From NCBI GenBank assembly GCA_965213705.1, contig OZ243913.1, positions 1,632,001-1,696,000 on the forward strand: 64,000 nucleotides of DNA, read 5' to 3'. Below the pieces are notes generated by a model. It searched no databases, had not been told where the DNA came from, and worked only from the letters and a program-made list of their open reading frames with translations. The position numbers and the translations under genes are program-made. The stretch is from Trueperaceae bacterium (lineage in GTDB: Bacteria > Deinococcota > Deinococci > Deinococcales > Trueperaceae). Positions 29,495 to 38,871 of the stretch are shown here, piece after piece; position 1 is the stretch's first letter; the number at the start of each line of letters is the position of its first letter.

Positions 29495-30334
29495 TTAGCG
29501 TAGCAGTTGTAAAAAGCGCTCACGTCCCACTAAGTCCGGCAACACCCTGGCCGCCGCCCAGGTTTGCGTCTCGGTCTGCGCGCGCCGCACGTTGCGCGGG
29601 TCCAGTTCGAACAAACCTGCCGCGCCCTCTTTCAAAAGGCCGTGAGCTTGAGGTGCCAACCGCCGGAAATGTGCAAGGCCGTCCGGGCCGGAGTACAGCG
29701 CCGTCTCCGGGTCACGGCGCACCTCGGGGCTCACCCGCACCCGGTCACCGTCGGGTAGGTAGGGCAGGTTGGCGACGAGCAGGTCGAGGTTTGCCGCGAA
29801 CACCTGCACCGCGGAGGCAGCCAACAAGTCGGACACCCCGAACGCGACCTCCAACCCGTACGCCCGCCGATTTTTTTCGGCGACTTTCAAGGCCGCTTCT
29901 GAGACGTCGGTCGCCATCACGACCGCGTCCGGCCGTTCGCGTTTGAGGGCCAGGGCGACCGCGCCGCTGCCCGTGCCGACGTCGAGCAACCGGGGAGCTT
30001 TGACGTTTTTGACAAGCTCGAGCGCCAGCTCGACGAGCCGTTCGGTTTCCGGCCGCGGAACGAGCACGTCCGGCGTCACTGTCAGCTCGAGGCCGTAAAA
30101 ATGCGCCACACCCAGGATGTGCTGGAGGGGTTCACGCTGTGCGCGGCGCAGCGTCCAGGTTTCCAGGGTGCGCCGCTGCGCGGCGCCGAGCGTTTGACGC
30201 CGCGCCAAAACGAGGTCGGCGCGGCCCTTGTTCAGCAGGGCGCCGAGCAGCAAGTCGGCCTCGGCCGCGGCGGGTTCAATCCCCGCCGCGGCCAACCGCT
30301 CCACCAACCGGCTGCGCGCTTCGAAAACCGTCAT
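29495..30334 (-). CDS. prmC: Release factor glutamine methyltransferase
   Basis: EPLQHILG, VLVPRPETE, LDVGTGSG, NLPY. Confidence 0.94.
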   Translation of the reverse strand: MTVFEARSRLVERLAAAGIEPAAAEADLLLGALLNKGRADLVLARRQTLGAAQRRTLETWTLRRAQREPLQHILGVAHFYGLELTVTPDVLVPRPETERLVELALELVKNVKAPRLLDVGTGSGAVALALKRERPDAVVMATDVSEAALKVAEKNRRAYGLEVAFGVSDLLAASAVQVFAANLDLLVANLPYLPDGDRVRVSPEVRRDPETALYSGPDGLAHFRRLAPQAHGLLKEGAAGLFELDPRNVRRAQTETQTWAAARVLPDLVGRERFLQLLR

Positions 30335-30583
30335 CGCGCCCAGTGTAAGCGAGCGCGCTCACCTGTCACAGCGGCCGACGAACACTGTCCTGCGGCAGCA
30401 CGATGAGATATTTAATGGCGCGGGTGCAGTTTTGGGTCTACGCTGGGTATTCGTGCTGACTTCTGTTCCAAACCCCACCCGCCCCGCAAACTCAACCGAG
30501 CCCGAAAGGTACAGGTCCGAGGTGTGCGGGACGACGAACACGCCCGTCACCCCGCCGCCCGGTACGCCGCTTCCCGCACCGGC

Positions 30584-30808
30584 ATGAAAACCGGGACGAG
30601 GACACGCTCGAGCACCAACCCCGCCGACAAGGTGACGCCCACGACCGTGGAGTTGCGTCTCATCGGTAGCAAGCAGGACTTGAAAGCGGCGGCGAGCCTG
30701 CTCTATGAAGCGATGGACGGCCGCTTCGCCATGAAAAACGTCTACAGGGGCGAAAAGGGCGACTTTGTCGCCAAAGCGACGCTGCAGCTCGAGGACGCGG
30801 AAAAGTAG
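30584..30808 (+). CDS. Small hypothetical protein
   Basis: 74-aa ORF with host-like codon usage; start uncertain. Confidence 0.55.
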   Translation: MKTGTRTRSSTNPADKVTPTTVELRLIGSKQDLKAAASLLYEAMDGRFAMKNVYRGEKGDFVAKATLQLEDAEK

Positions 30809-31091
30809 AGCGTTATTTCCCCGTTGAGAAGCAGAAAAGGCGGCACTTATCGGTAGAAGAGAATGCCTTTTTAACCCTCAAAAATCGACGGCGGTAATTA
30901 GGCTTTCGAGGAGGCAACTTTCGACCTCTACACTAAAGACCTCCATATTAAAATGATTGCATAGGAATTGAACGCTCACCGGACCAAAAGTACGCGCGAG
31001 TTGGTCTACGAACTGTCGCCGGACGATTTGAGGTGCCGACACAGCCACCATCCTGGTCGAGGCGCATACGGACAATCCGCGGATAATTACT

Positions 31092-31133
31092 CGAAAAAGG
31101 ACTTCGAATCGCGCGATTCGAAGTCCTTTTTCG
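31092..31133. terminator. Perfect 42-bp palindrome, probable bidirectional terminator after tRNA-Leu
   Basis: cgaaaaaggacttcgaatcgc|gcgattcgaagtcctttttcg. Confidence 0.8.
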
Positions 31134-31147
31134 TTGCCCATTTTTGT

Positions 31148-31234
31148 TGGTGCCGAGGAAGAGACTTGAACTCTCACGCCCGTAAGGGCACTACCCCCTC
31201 AAGGTAGCGCGTCTACCAATTCCGCCACCTCGGC
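31148..31234 (-). tRNA. tRNA-Leu (GAG)
   Basis: GCCGAGG acceptor stem, anticodon arm CTACC-TTGAGGG-GGTAG, long variable arm, GTTCAAGTC T-loop, encoded CCA. Confidence 0.96.
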
Positions 31235-31309
31235 AAAACTCGGTACGCCAGTGGCAAAGGGGATGATACTTGCTGGGGTCGTGAAGTGTCAAGCGGTATG
31301 CTCGCTGCC

Positions 31310-31966
31310 ATGACCCTAAGACGTTTCAAACGCATCAAAGACGTCCTCGCCAAACGCCAGCCCGACCTGAGCATTTTGGCCGAAGACGTGTACAAACCTC
31401 ACAACCTCTCGGCCATGCTGCGCAGTTGCGACGCGGTCGGCATCGGGAGGGTTCACGCGGTCAACCCGACCGGCGGCGTGCCGACCTACAGCGAAACGAG
31501 CGCCAGCGCCGACAAGTGGGTCGAGGTCGTTGTTCACGACTCGCTGTTGGCCGCCCTGGACGTTTTGAGGGCCCAGGACATGCAGGTGTTGGCCGCACAC
31601 CTGTCAAACCAGGCCACGGACTACCGCGACCCGGACTATACCCAGCCGACTTGCGTCTTGTTCGGCAACGAAAAAGGGGGCGTGAGCGAGGTTGCCGCCG
31701 CCCGCGCCGACGCCCACATCATTATTCCGATGTTGGGGATGGTGCAGTCGTTGAACGTGTCGGTGGCGACCGCCGTCGTGCTGTTCGAAGTGCAGCGCCA
31801 ACGCCGCGCCGCCGGTATGTACGACGCGCCCCGCCTGGACGCCGCGGCGCGGCAGGCGCAAACCTTTGAATGGCTCTACCCCCGCGAAGCCGCCAGCCTG
31901 CGCGCCGCCGGGCAACCGTTCCCACTCCTGGATGACCGGGGGGAGTTCCAGTTTGAGTCGCCATGA
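31310..31966 (+). CDS. trmH: tRNA (guanosine(18)-2'-O)-methyltransferase
   Basis: KPHNLSAMLRSCDAVG, FGNEKGG, IPMLGMVQSLNVSVA SPOUT motifs. Confidence 0.93.
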   Translation: MTLRRFKRIKDVLAKRQPDLSILAEDVYKPHNLSAMLRSCDAVGIGRVHAVNPTGGVPTYSETSASADKWVEVVVHDSLLAALDVLRAQDMQVLAAHLSNQATDYRDPDYTQPTCVLFGNEKGGVSEVAAARADAHIIIPMLGMVQSLNVSVATAVVLFEVQRQRRAAGMYDAPRLDAAARQAQTFEWLYPREAASLRAAGQPFPLLDDRGEFQFESP

Positions 31967-32024
31967 TTCAGACTTTTTCGGCGAGACCGTCTACACTGAG
32001 GGCCTAACTTTTTTGGAGGTGCGT

Positions 32025-33235
32025 GTGAAACAACGTAACAGTAGACTGCTGAAAATTTTAGTGTTTATAACCCTGGTCGTACCGCTGTGGACGGCCTGCG
32101 CGCAGACCTCGGGGAGCGACGACCCCGGCGACGGCTCGTCCGGCGGCCCGATGCCCGACGTGCAGGTGAGGCTCGAGCCCGTCGTCAGCGGCCTCAGCCA
32201 ACCCCTTGACCTCGTCAACGCGGGCGACGGGTCGGGGCGGTTGTTCGTTGTGGAGCAAGCCGGCAGGGTGCGCATTCTACAAAATGGCACGTTGACAAAC
32301 GAACCCTTTTTGGATATTCGTGAGCGCATCAGTGCGGGGGGCGAGCGTGGTCTTTTGGGCCTCGCCTTTCACCCGGACTACGCGGACAACGGCCTTTTTT
32401 ACGTGAACTACACCGACCCGAACGGTGACACCGTCGTGGCAGAATACAGCGTCAATACAGCGTCGGTGGCGACGCGGACAGCGCCGATCCCGCGTCCGAG
32501 CGCGTTTTGCTCACCATCCCCCAACCCTTCAGCAACCACAACGGCGGCGACCTCGCCTTCGGGCCGGACGGCTACCTCTACATCGCCACGGGCGACGGCG
32601 GTAGTGGCGGCGACCCGCTCGACAGCGGTCAGTCCCTCGACACGCACCTGGGTAAGTTGCTCCGTATCGACGTGAACGGCGGTGACGCAACCGGCGGCAC
32701 CCCTTACGCGGTGCCTGCGGACAACCCCTTCGTAAACACGGCGGGCGCGCTGCCCGAAATCTGGGCTTACGGTTTGCGCAACCCCTGGCGGTTCAGCTTC
32801 GACCGGGACACGGGCGACCTTTATATCGGCGACGTCGGGCAGAACGCTTTTGAGGAGGTCAACTTTCAAAGTGCGGACAGCGCCGGGGGCGAGAACTACG
32901 GCTGGAACGTCATGGAAGGTTTTCACTGTTACAACGCCGACAGCTGTGACGAGAGCGGTCTCGTTCTCCCCATCGCCGAGTACCCCCACAGCGAGGGCAA
33001 TTCGGTCACGGGCGGTTACGTCTACCGCGGCGCAGCTATACCGGAGCTTGTCGGGCAGTACGTGTACGGCGACTTCGGCAGCGGCCGCGTGTGGCGCGCA
33101 CAACAGCAAAACGGCGAGTGGACGAACGAACCCTTGCTCGAGAGCGGCCTCAACATCGCCAGCTTTGGCGAAGACGAGGCGGGCGAACTGTACGTCGTCG
33201 CCATCAACGGCGGCGTGTACCGGTTGACGAAGTAG
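32025..33235 (+). pseudogene. PQQ-dependent glucose/sorbosone dehydrogenase-family lipoprotein, frameshifted by an 11-bp tandem duplication
   Basis: 5' part has lipobox LWTAC and ERGLLGLAFHP; 3' part has NHNGG, FGPDG, GLRNPWR; aatacagcgtc is duplicated at 32443-32464. Confidence 0.88.
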
Positions 33236-33246
33236 AACTCAAAAAA

Positions 33247-33276
33247 GCAGCTCGAGGAGTTAACTCCTCGAGCTGC
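33247..33276. terminator. Perfect 30-bp palindrome, terminator of the cold-shock gene
   Basis: gcagctcgaggagtt|aactcctcgagctgc, followed by T6 on the minus strand. Confidence 0.8.
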
Positions 33277-33293
33277 CCTGTACTCGGTTGGGT

Positions 33294-33545
33294 TTAGTAG
33301 CGCTCGCGGCCGCCGCCGTACGAAGAAGTCGCGGGCGCGGCGTTCGTCACGGTGACGTTTTTGGCTTGCAAACCTTTTTGGCCTTGTTCGACCTCGAACT
33401 CGACCTCGTCGCCCTCGTTGAGCGACTTGAAGCCCGAACCGCTGATGGCCGAGAAGTGACAGAAAACATCTGCACCGCCGTCATCTTGTTCGATAAAACC
33501 GAAACCTTTTTCTGCGTTGAACCATTTAACTTTACCTGCAGCCAT
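33294..33545 (-). CDS. Cold-shock protein
   Basis: [24 protein letters not shown]. Confidence 0.96.
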   Translation of the reverse strand: MAAGKVKWFNAEKGFGFIEQDDGGADVFCHFSAISGSGFKSLNEGDEVEFEVEQGQKGLQAKNVTVTNAAPATSSYGGGRERY

Positions 33546-33735
33546 CTCAAACCTATCTTTCCTGCGGCCTTCTTAGCTTACGAAAGCCTCAAACATGACT
33601 TCGAGCCTGGGGCTCGAGCTACGCACCTCTTTGTGAATAACGTAGTACTACACTGTAAGCTAAATTGCTCCGAACTTCAAGCCCGTCTGTGCAAGCCAGC
33701 TAGCAGAGGCGGGGGCGCGGCCTTGCTATCCTTAA

Positions 33736-34389
<654 letters not shown>

Positions 34390-34451
34390 GTGCTAGATTT
34401 TCTACAAACCACTCGCCACGAGCCACAAGCCTCTTTCACCCTAAGGACGTT

Positions 34452-35390
34452 ATGATTGACCGCAAAGACATCCGCTACGTCAAGCACGGCATCCAGCGCA
34501 AAAGCAGCGACACCGTGCTGCGCGAGCGCAAACCCGACTGGCTGAAAGTCAAGCTGCCGACCGGCGACAACTACGCCAAGGTCAAGGAGACGGTGCGCGA
34601 AAACCGCTTGTCGACCGTCTGCGAAGAGGCGATGTGCCCGAACCTGGGCGAGTGCTGGGACGCGGGCACGGCGACGATCATGCTCATGGGCTCGGTCTGC
34701 ACGCGGGCCTGCAAGTTCTGTGCGGTCTCGACCGGCAACCCCAAGGGCTGGCTCGACCTGGACGAGCCGCGACTGGCCGCCGAATCGGTGAAGCTGATGG
34801 GTTTGAAATACGTCGTGCTGACCTCGGTCGACCGCGACGACTTGCCCGACGGCGGCGCGGGTCACTACGCCACGTGCGTGCGCAAAATCAAAGAGGTCAA
34901 CCCCGACACGGCCGTCGAAGCGCTCACGCCGGACTTTGCGGGGAACTTGGAGCACGTGCAAAAAGTGCTCGAGTCCGGCATCCAGGTCTACGCGCAAAAC
35001 ATCGAAACGGTCAAACGCCTCACCCACCCGGTCCGCGACCCGCGCGCCGGTTACGAGCAAACGTTAAAAGTGCTCGAGGGGGCCAAACGCCACCGCCCCG
35101 ACGTCCTCACCAAAACGAGCCTTATGCTCGGCCTTGGCGAAACCGAGGTTGAAATTTTAGAGACAATGGCCGACTTGCGCGCCGTCGGCGTGGACATCGT
35201 GACCTTCGGGCAGTACCTGCGCCCGACCGCGGCGCACCTCAAAGTCGAACGCTACGTGACGCCGGACGAGTTTGCCCGTTACCGCACCTGGGGCTTGGAA
35301 AAAGGCTTTTTAGAGGTCGTCTCGGGGCCGTTGGTGCGGAGCAGTTACCGGGCGGAGCGGGCGCTCGAGAAGAACAACGTCGGGCTGTAA
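34452..35390 (+). CDS. lipA: Lipoyl synthase
   Basis: [31 protein letters not shown]. Confidence 0.97.
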   Translation: MIDRKDIRYVKHGIQRKSSDTVLRERKPDWLKVKLPTGDNYAKVKETVRENRLSTVCEEAMCPNLGECWDAGTATIMLMGSVCTRACKFCAVSTGNPKGWLDLDEPRLAAESVKLMGLKYVVLTSVDRDDLPDGGAGHYATCVRKIKEVNPDTAVEALTPDFAGNLEHVQKVLESGIQVYAQNIETVKRLTHPVRDPRAGYEQTLKVLEGAKRHRPDVLTKTSLMLGLGETEVEILETMADLRAVGVDIVTFGQYLRPTAAHLKVERYVTPDEFARYRTWGLEKGFLEVVSGPLVRSSYRAERALEKNNVGL

Positions 35391-35393
35391 AAA

Positions 35394-35609
35394 TTAAGCT
35401 TCGTCCCAATCCTGAGCGGTGATACCAGCCTACCGCAAAAGCTCTTTCACAAGTCCAGTGGAAATATCTTTTTGGTACGAATTGGAAATTCGTACTTTTG
35501 GACTACCTCTTTTCATAAACTGGTACTTGCCATCGGAGAAAGGTCCGTCAAAGCCTAAACGCTTGAAACGAATCAGCTTCAGCTCGAGCGGAGAAGCTGC
35601 TGTGAGCAC
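35394..35609 (-). pseudogene. Decayed HicA-family toxin
   Basis: Translates as ..RLGFDGPFSDGKYQFMKRG..KDISTGLVKELLR*AGITAQDWDEA*, with an internal TAG at 35430-35432; not in the ORF track. Confidence 0.75.
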
Positions 35610-35611
35610 GT

Positions 35612-35851
35612 CTAAGCCGCTGTGAGTGTGTTGAAATCAATATCATTGACGACGGGTAAAACATCCCCATCTTTAAGTTTGAGCAAAAGCCATTCCTGCA
35701 GCACTTCAAAAAGCTCTGCACGCGTCGCTTCGACCGTTGCCGAATTCGCCCAGATGCCCTGAAAGCCCGGAATTTCGGCAAACCAGGAGCCGTCCTCAAG
35801 CTGTTTGTAAACGGCTTGCTCGAGGGCTTCGGAGCAGTAGCGAAGGAGCAT
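35612..35851 (-). CDS. HicB (UPF0150-like) family antitoxin
   Basis: EDGSWFAEIPGFQGIWANSATVEATRAEL..LP motif. Confidence 0.85.
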   Translation of the reverse strand: MLLRYCSEALEQAVYKQLEDGSWFAEIPGFQGIWANSATVEATRAELFEVLQEWLLLKLKDGDVLPVVNDIDFNTLTAA

Positions 35852-36059
35852 GGTTCAACTCATCTCTTACTTCGGTTTCAATGCCTTATAGGAAAGCCAA
35901 AAGCTCTACGCATGTGAAAAGGCTGTAATCCACTGCAACTTGTCTCGTTTTCTCACGAAGCTGAAAACACTGTAGTCATTTCTGACTATGCTGTCAAGCT
36001 TCTAAATTCCCATTCCTTGTAGGAAAGCTGAAAACGAACTCGTGTCGAGAACGGGAAAG

Positions 36060-38303
36060 CTACTCGAGCCCAATCCGCACCGTCCCCGTCTTGAACGTTT
36101 CGTAAACGGTCGCCCCCGTCGCCCGCACCCGCTCGACAAGTTCGGGGTTGGGGTGCCCGTAGGTGTTGCGTCCGTAGGAAAAAACAACTACTTCGGGCTG
36201 CGCCGCCCGCAACAGCGCGTCGCTGGTCGAGTGTTTCGAGCCGTGGTGCCCGGCCATCAACACTTTGACTTTGGGAAACGCCATACCCCGTTCGTGCTCG
36301 GCGGGGAGGTCGCCCATAAAAATAGCCTCGGGTTTGTCTTGGTAATTCAGTATAAAGGTGACCGAGTTGTCGTTGTCTTTTTCGAACGGGTGCTGCGGCG
36401 GGTTGAGGATGTCTAAGCGGGCGTCGCCCAAAGCGAGCGACTCGCCTCGTACGACTGAGACGACCTCGACGTGGTTGCGTTCCGCCGCGGCGACGAGGTT
36501 GTCGTACACCGGGTCGCCCTCGTTGCGCACGCCGACGACGAGGCGGCCGACCGGCAGCGCGTCCAGCACGCTCACCAACCCTTCGACGTGGTCGGTGTCC
36601 GAATGGCTGGCGATGACAAGCTCGAGTTCGTCCACGCCCAGAGCTTTCAGGGCGGGCACGACTACGCGCTTGCCTACGTCGAAGTCCGAAAACGGTGTGC
36701 CGCCGCCGTCTATCAAAATCTCTTGGCGGCCCGGCAGCCGAATCAGCGCACTGTCACCTTGCCCGACGTCTATGAACACGATTTCCGGCGGCGTGTGCGC
36801 AGGCACGCTTACGGCCGAGCACAGCCCGGCCGTTATCACAACGAGAAGGGCGCGCCAAGGCCGCAACTGACCCCAGGCGAGCAGCGCCAGCGCAAAAACG
36901 CCGACGTAAAAGAACGCGTAGCCGAGCGCGGCTACTTCGCCCCAGACGAGGTTGGGCAGGCTCGAGCCCAGTCTTGCCAGGGTGATAATCGCGCCCGCGG
37001 CGACCGAGGTGAGGAGGTTGAGCGTCCCTGCCAGGACGGGCGAGAGCAAACCGAACACGCCCGCGAAAAAGCCGAGCGGCACGAGCACGGTTGCCAGCGG
37101 AATGGCGAAGACGTTGACAAACGGGCTCAGCAGCGGCAGCGTGCCGAAACTGCTCGCCACGAGCGGCAGCGTTAACAGTTGCGCCGACAAACTCACCATG
37201 ACACTGCCCACGACCAGCTTTTTCCAATGCCACCAGGGCACCTTGTAGTACGCCTCGCCCAGCACCAGGCGCGTCAGCGGCTCGGTGAAAACCAGCAGGC
37301 CGATGACGGCCAAGTACGACAGCTGAAACGACAGGTCGAACAGCCACGCCGGGTTCCAGAGCAGCGCGACCAGCGCCGACAGCGCAAGCGCCGGCCACGG
37401 CTCGATGCGCCCGGCCCCCAGCCACAGCGAGCCCAGCACCGCGCAGGTCATCGCCCCGGCCCGCACCACGCTCGGGCTCGGGCCGACCAAAACCACGTAG
37501 CCGACGACGAGGAGAATCAAAAAAGGGTAACGCCTCAGTCCGAAAGCGCGAAACATAAAGCCCAGCACACCCACCAGAATCCCGACGTGCAGCCCCGACA
37601 GCGCCAAAACGTGAGCTAAACCCGAAGCTGAAAAAATATCACGCAGGTCGCCCCAGTCGTCACGGATGCCTAAGACCATCGCCTCCATCAGGGCGGCTTT
37701 GGGAGGGCTCAGGCCCGTCACGACGCCGCGGCGCAGACGCTCTTTGACACTCACCCCGGCGGGCACGAAGCTCACCGTTTCATCAACGAGAAACTGCCCG
37801 TCCACACCGCGCCGCCGCAAGTAGCTGTGGTAGTCGAAACCGCCGGGGTTGCGTTTTCCGGCCGGCTCGAGAAACCGCCCCGTGAGCGTCACTCGCCCCG
37901 CTTTCACCGCGCCCTTGGGCGAGAGCGTGACGCGGGCTTTGACCGGGGTCTCGAGCCTCAACACCTGCCCGTCGAAGACGCCCGAGACCGTCGCCGCTTC
38001 ACCGACCAGGGCGGCAACCGGGTTCGGTGCGGCGTCCCACACCCCGAAACGTCCGAAACCGACCGGCAGCAACAGCAAAAACGGCAACACCCAGCGCAGG
38101 TCGAAGGCGAACAGCGCCACGGCGAACAGCGTGGTCGTCGCCAGCACCACGAACAGGGGTACGTGTAAGTAGGCTGTCAAAATGCCGACAACTAAGAAGA
38201 GGGCGGCGGGCAGCGACCACGGGGCAAAGGAGGGTGAGGGCGGTACGACTTCGGCGTCAGCTCGAGACAAACGCGAAGCGCGCCCTACCCCCTGGACGTT
38301 CAC
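36060..38303 (-). CDS. comEC: DNA internalization competence protein ComEC/Rec2
   Basis: RNPGGFDY, GLAHVLALSGLHV, SFQLSY, DVGQGD, SHSDTDH, GHHGS; start uncertain. Confidence 0.94.
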   Translation of the reverse strand: MNVQGVGRASRLSRADAEVVPPSPSFAPWSLPAALFLVVGILTAYLHVPLFVVLATTTLFAVALFAFDLRWVLPFLLLLPVGFGRFGVWDAAPNPVAALVGEAATVSGVFDGQVLRLETPVKARVTLSPKGAVKAGRVTLTGRFLEPAGKRNPGGFDYHSYLRRRGVDGQFLVDETVSFVPAGVSVKERLRRGVVTGLSPPKAALMEAMVLGIRDDWGDLRDIFSASGLAHVLALSGLHVGILVGVLGFMFRAFGLRRYPFLILLVVGYVVLVGPSPSVVRAGAMTCAVLGSLWLGAGRIEPWPALALSALVALLWNPAWLFDLSFQLSYLAVIGLLVFTEPLTRLVLGEAYYKVPWWHWKKLVVGSVMVSLSAQLLTLPLVASSFGTLPLLSPFVNVFAIPLATVLVPLGFFAGVFGLLSPVLAGTLNLLTSVAAGAIITLARLGSSLPNLVWGEVAALGYAFFYVGVFALALLAWGQLRPWRALLVVITAGLCSAVSVPAHTPPEIVFIDVGQGDSALIRLPGRQEILIDGGGTPFSDFDVGKRVVVPALKALGVDELELVIASHSDTDHVEGLVSVLDALPVGRLVVGVRNEGDPVYDNLVAAAERNHVEVVSVVRGESLALGDARLDILNPPQHPFEKDNDNSVTFILNYQDKPEAIFMGDLPAEHERGMAFPKVKVLMAGHHGSKHSTSDALLRAAQPEVVVFSYGRNTYGHPNPELVERVRATGATVYETFKTGTVRIGLE

Positions 38304-38797
38304 AGCTTGGCCTTGGGCCGCAACTTCTCCAACGTTTTCGGGCCGATGCCCTTGACGTTCAGTAGGTCTTCAAAACTGTTGTAGGGTCTTCCTGCAACGA
38401 TGAGCGCCGCCGTCGCCGGGCCGACGCCGGGGAGGGTGTCGAGTTCGGCCATACTGGCGCTGTTGACGCTCACGCGCACCTCGCCGGTCTCGGTGTGAGC
38501 GTCGGGCACGAAGACCGCCTCGCCCGCGTCGAGCGGGTCGGCTAAGTTCACGAGGCTCTGCTCGGCCTGAGCGGTAAAGCCGCCGGCGGCCTCGACCGCA
38601 TCGCCCACCCTCGAGCCCCAGGGCAACGCGTAAGTGCCGGGCGCGCGAACCGCGCCCGAAACCGCTACGGTGATGTCGGGTTGTTGAAAGGTTACAGGTG
38701 TTTCGTTCACGCGCAGGCGCGGCACGAGGTTGAACGCGGCGAGCGTCACGCACACCGCCAGCAAACCCCACATGATGAACGCCTCACGTTTCGGCAC
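38300..38797 (-). CDS. comEA: ComEA family DNA-binding protein (SLBB and helix-hairpin-helix)
   Basis: VSGAVRAPG, LPGVGPATA, VKGIGPKT. Confidence 0.92.
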   Translation of the reverse strand: MPKREAFIMWGLLAVCVTLAAFNLVPRLRVNETPVTFQQPDITVAVSGAVRAPGTYALPWGSRVGDAVEAAGGFTAQAEQSLVNLADPLDAGEAVFVPDAHTETGEVRVSVNSASMAELDTLPGVGPATAALIVAGRPYNSFEDLLNVKGIGPKTLEKLRPKAKL

Positions 38798-38871
38798 GCC
38801 CCAGTATAAAACTCGTCCCTACAAAAAACGGCGTGGTTTTTTCCACGCTGCCTCTTCTAGCCGTAAAGCCG

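Noticed and set aside
31148..31234. tRNA-Leu as the attachment site of an intact prophage or island
   Set aside because: No integrase, phage genes or repeat of the tRNA 3' end were seen in the window.
33546..33655. cspA-type thermosensor 5' UTR
   Set aside because: A long leader is plausible, but I cannot show the structure or TSS from sequence alone.
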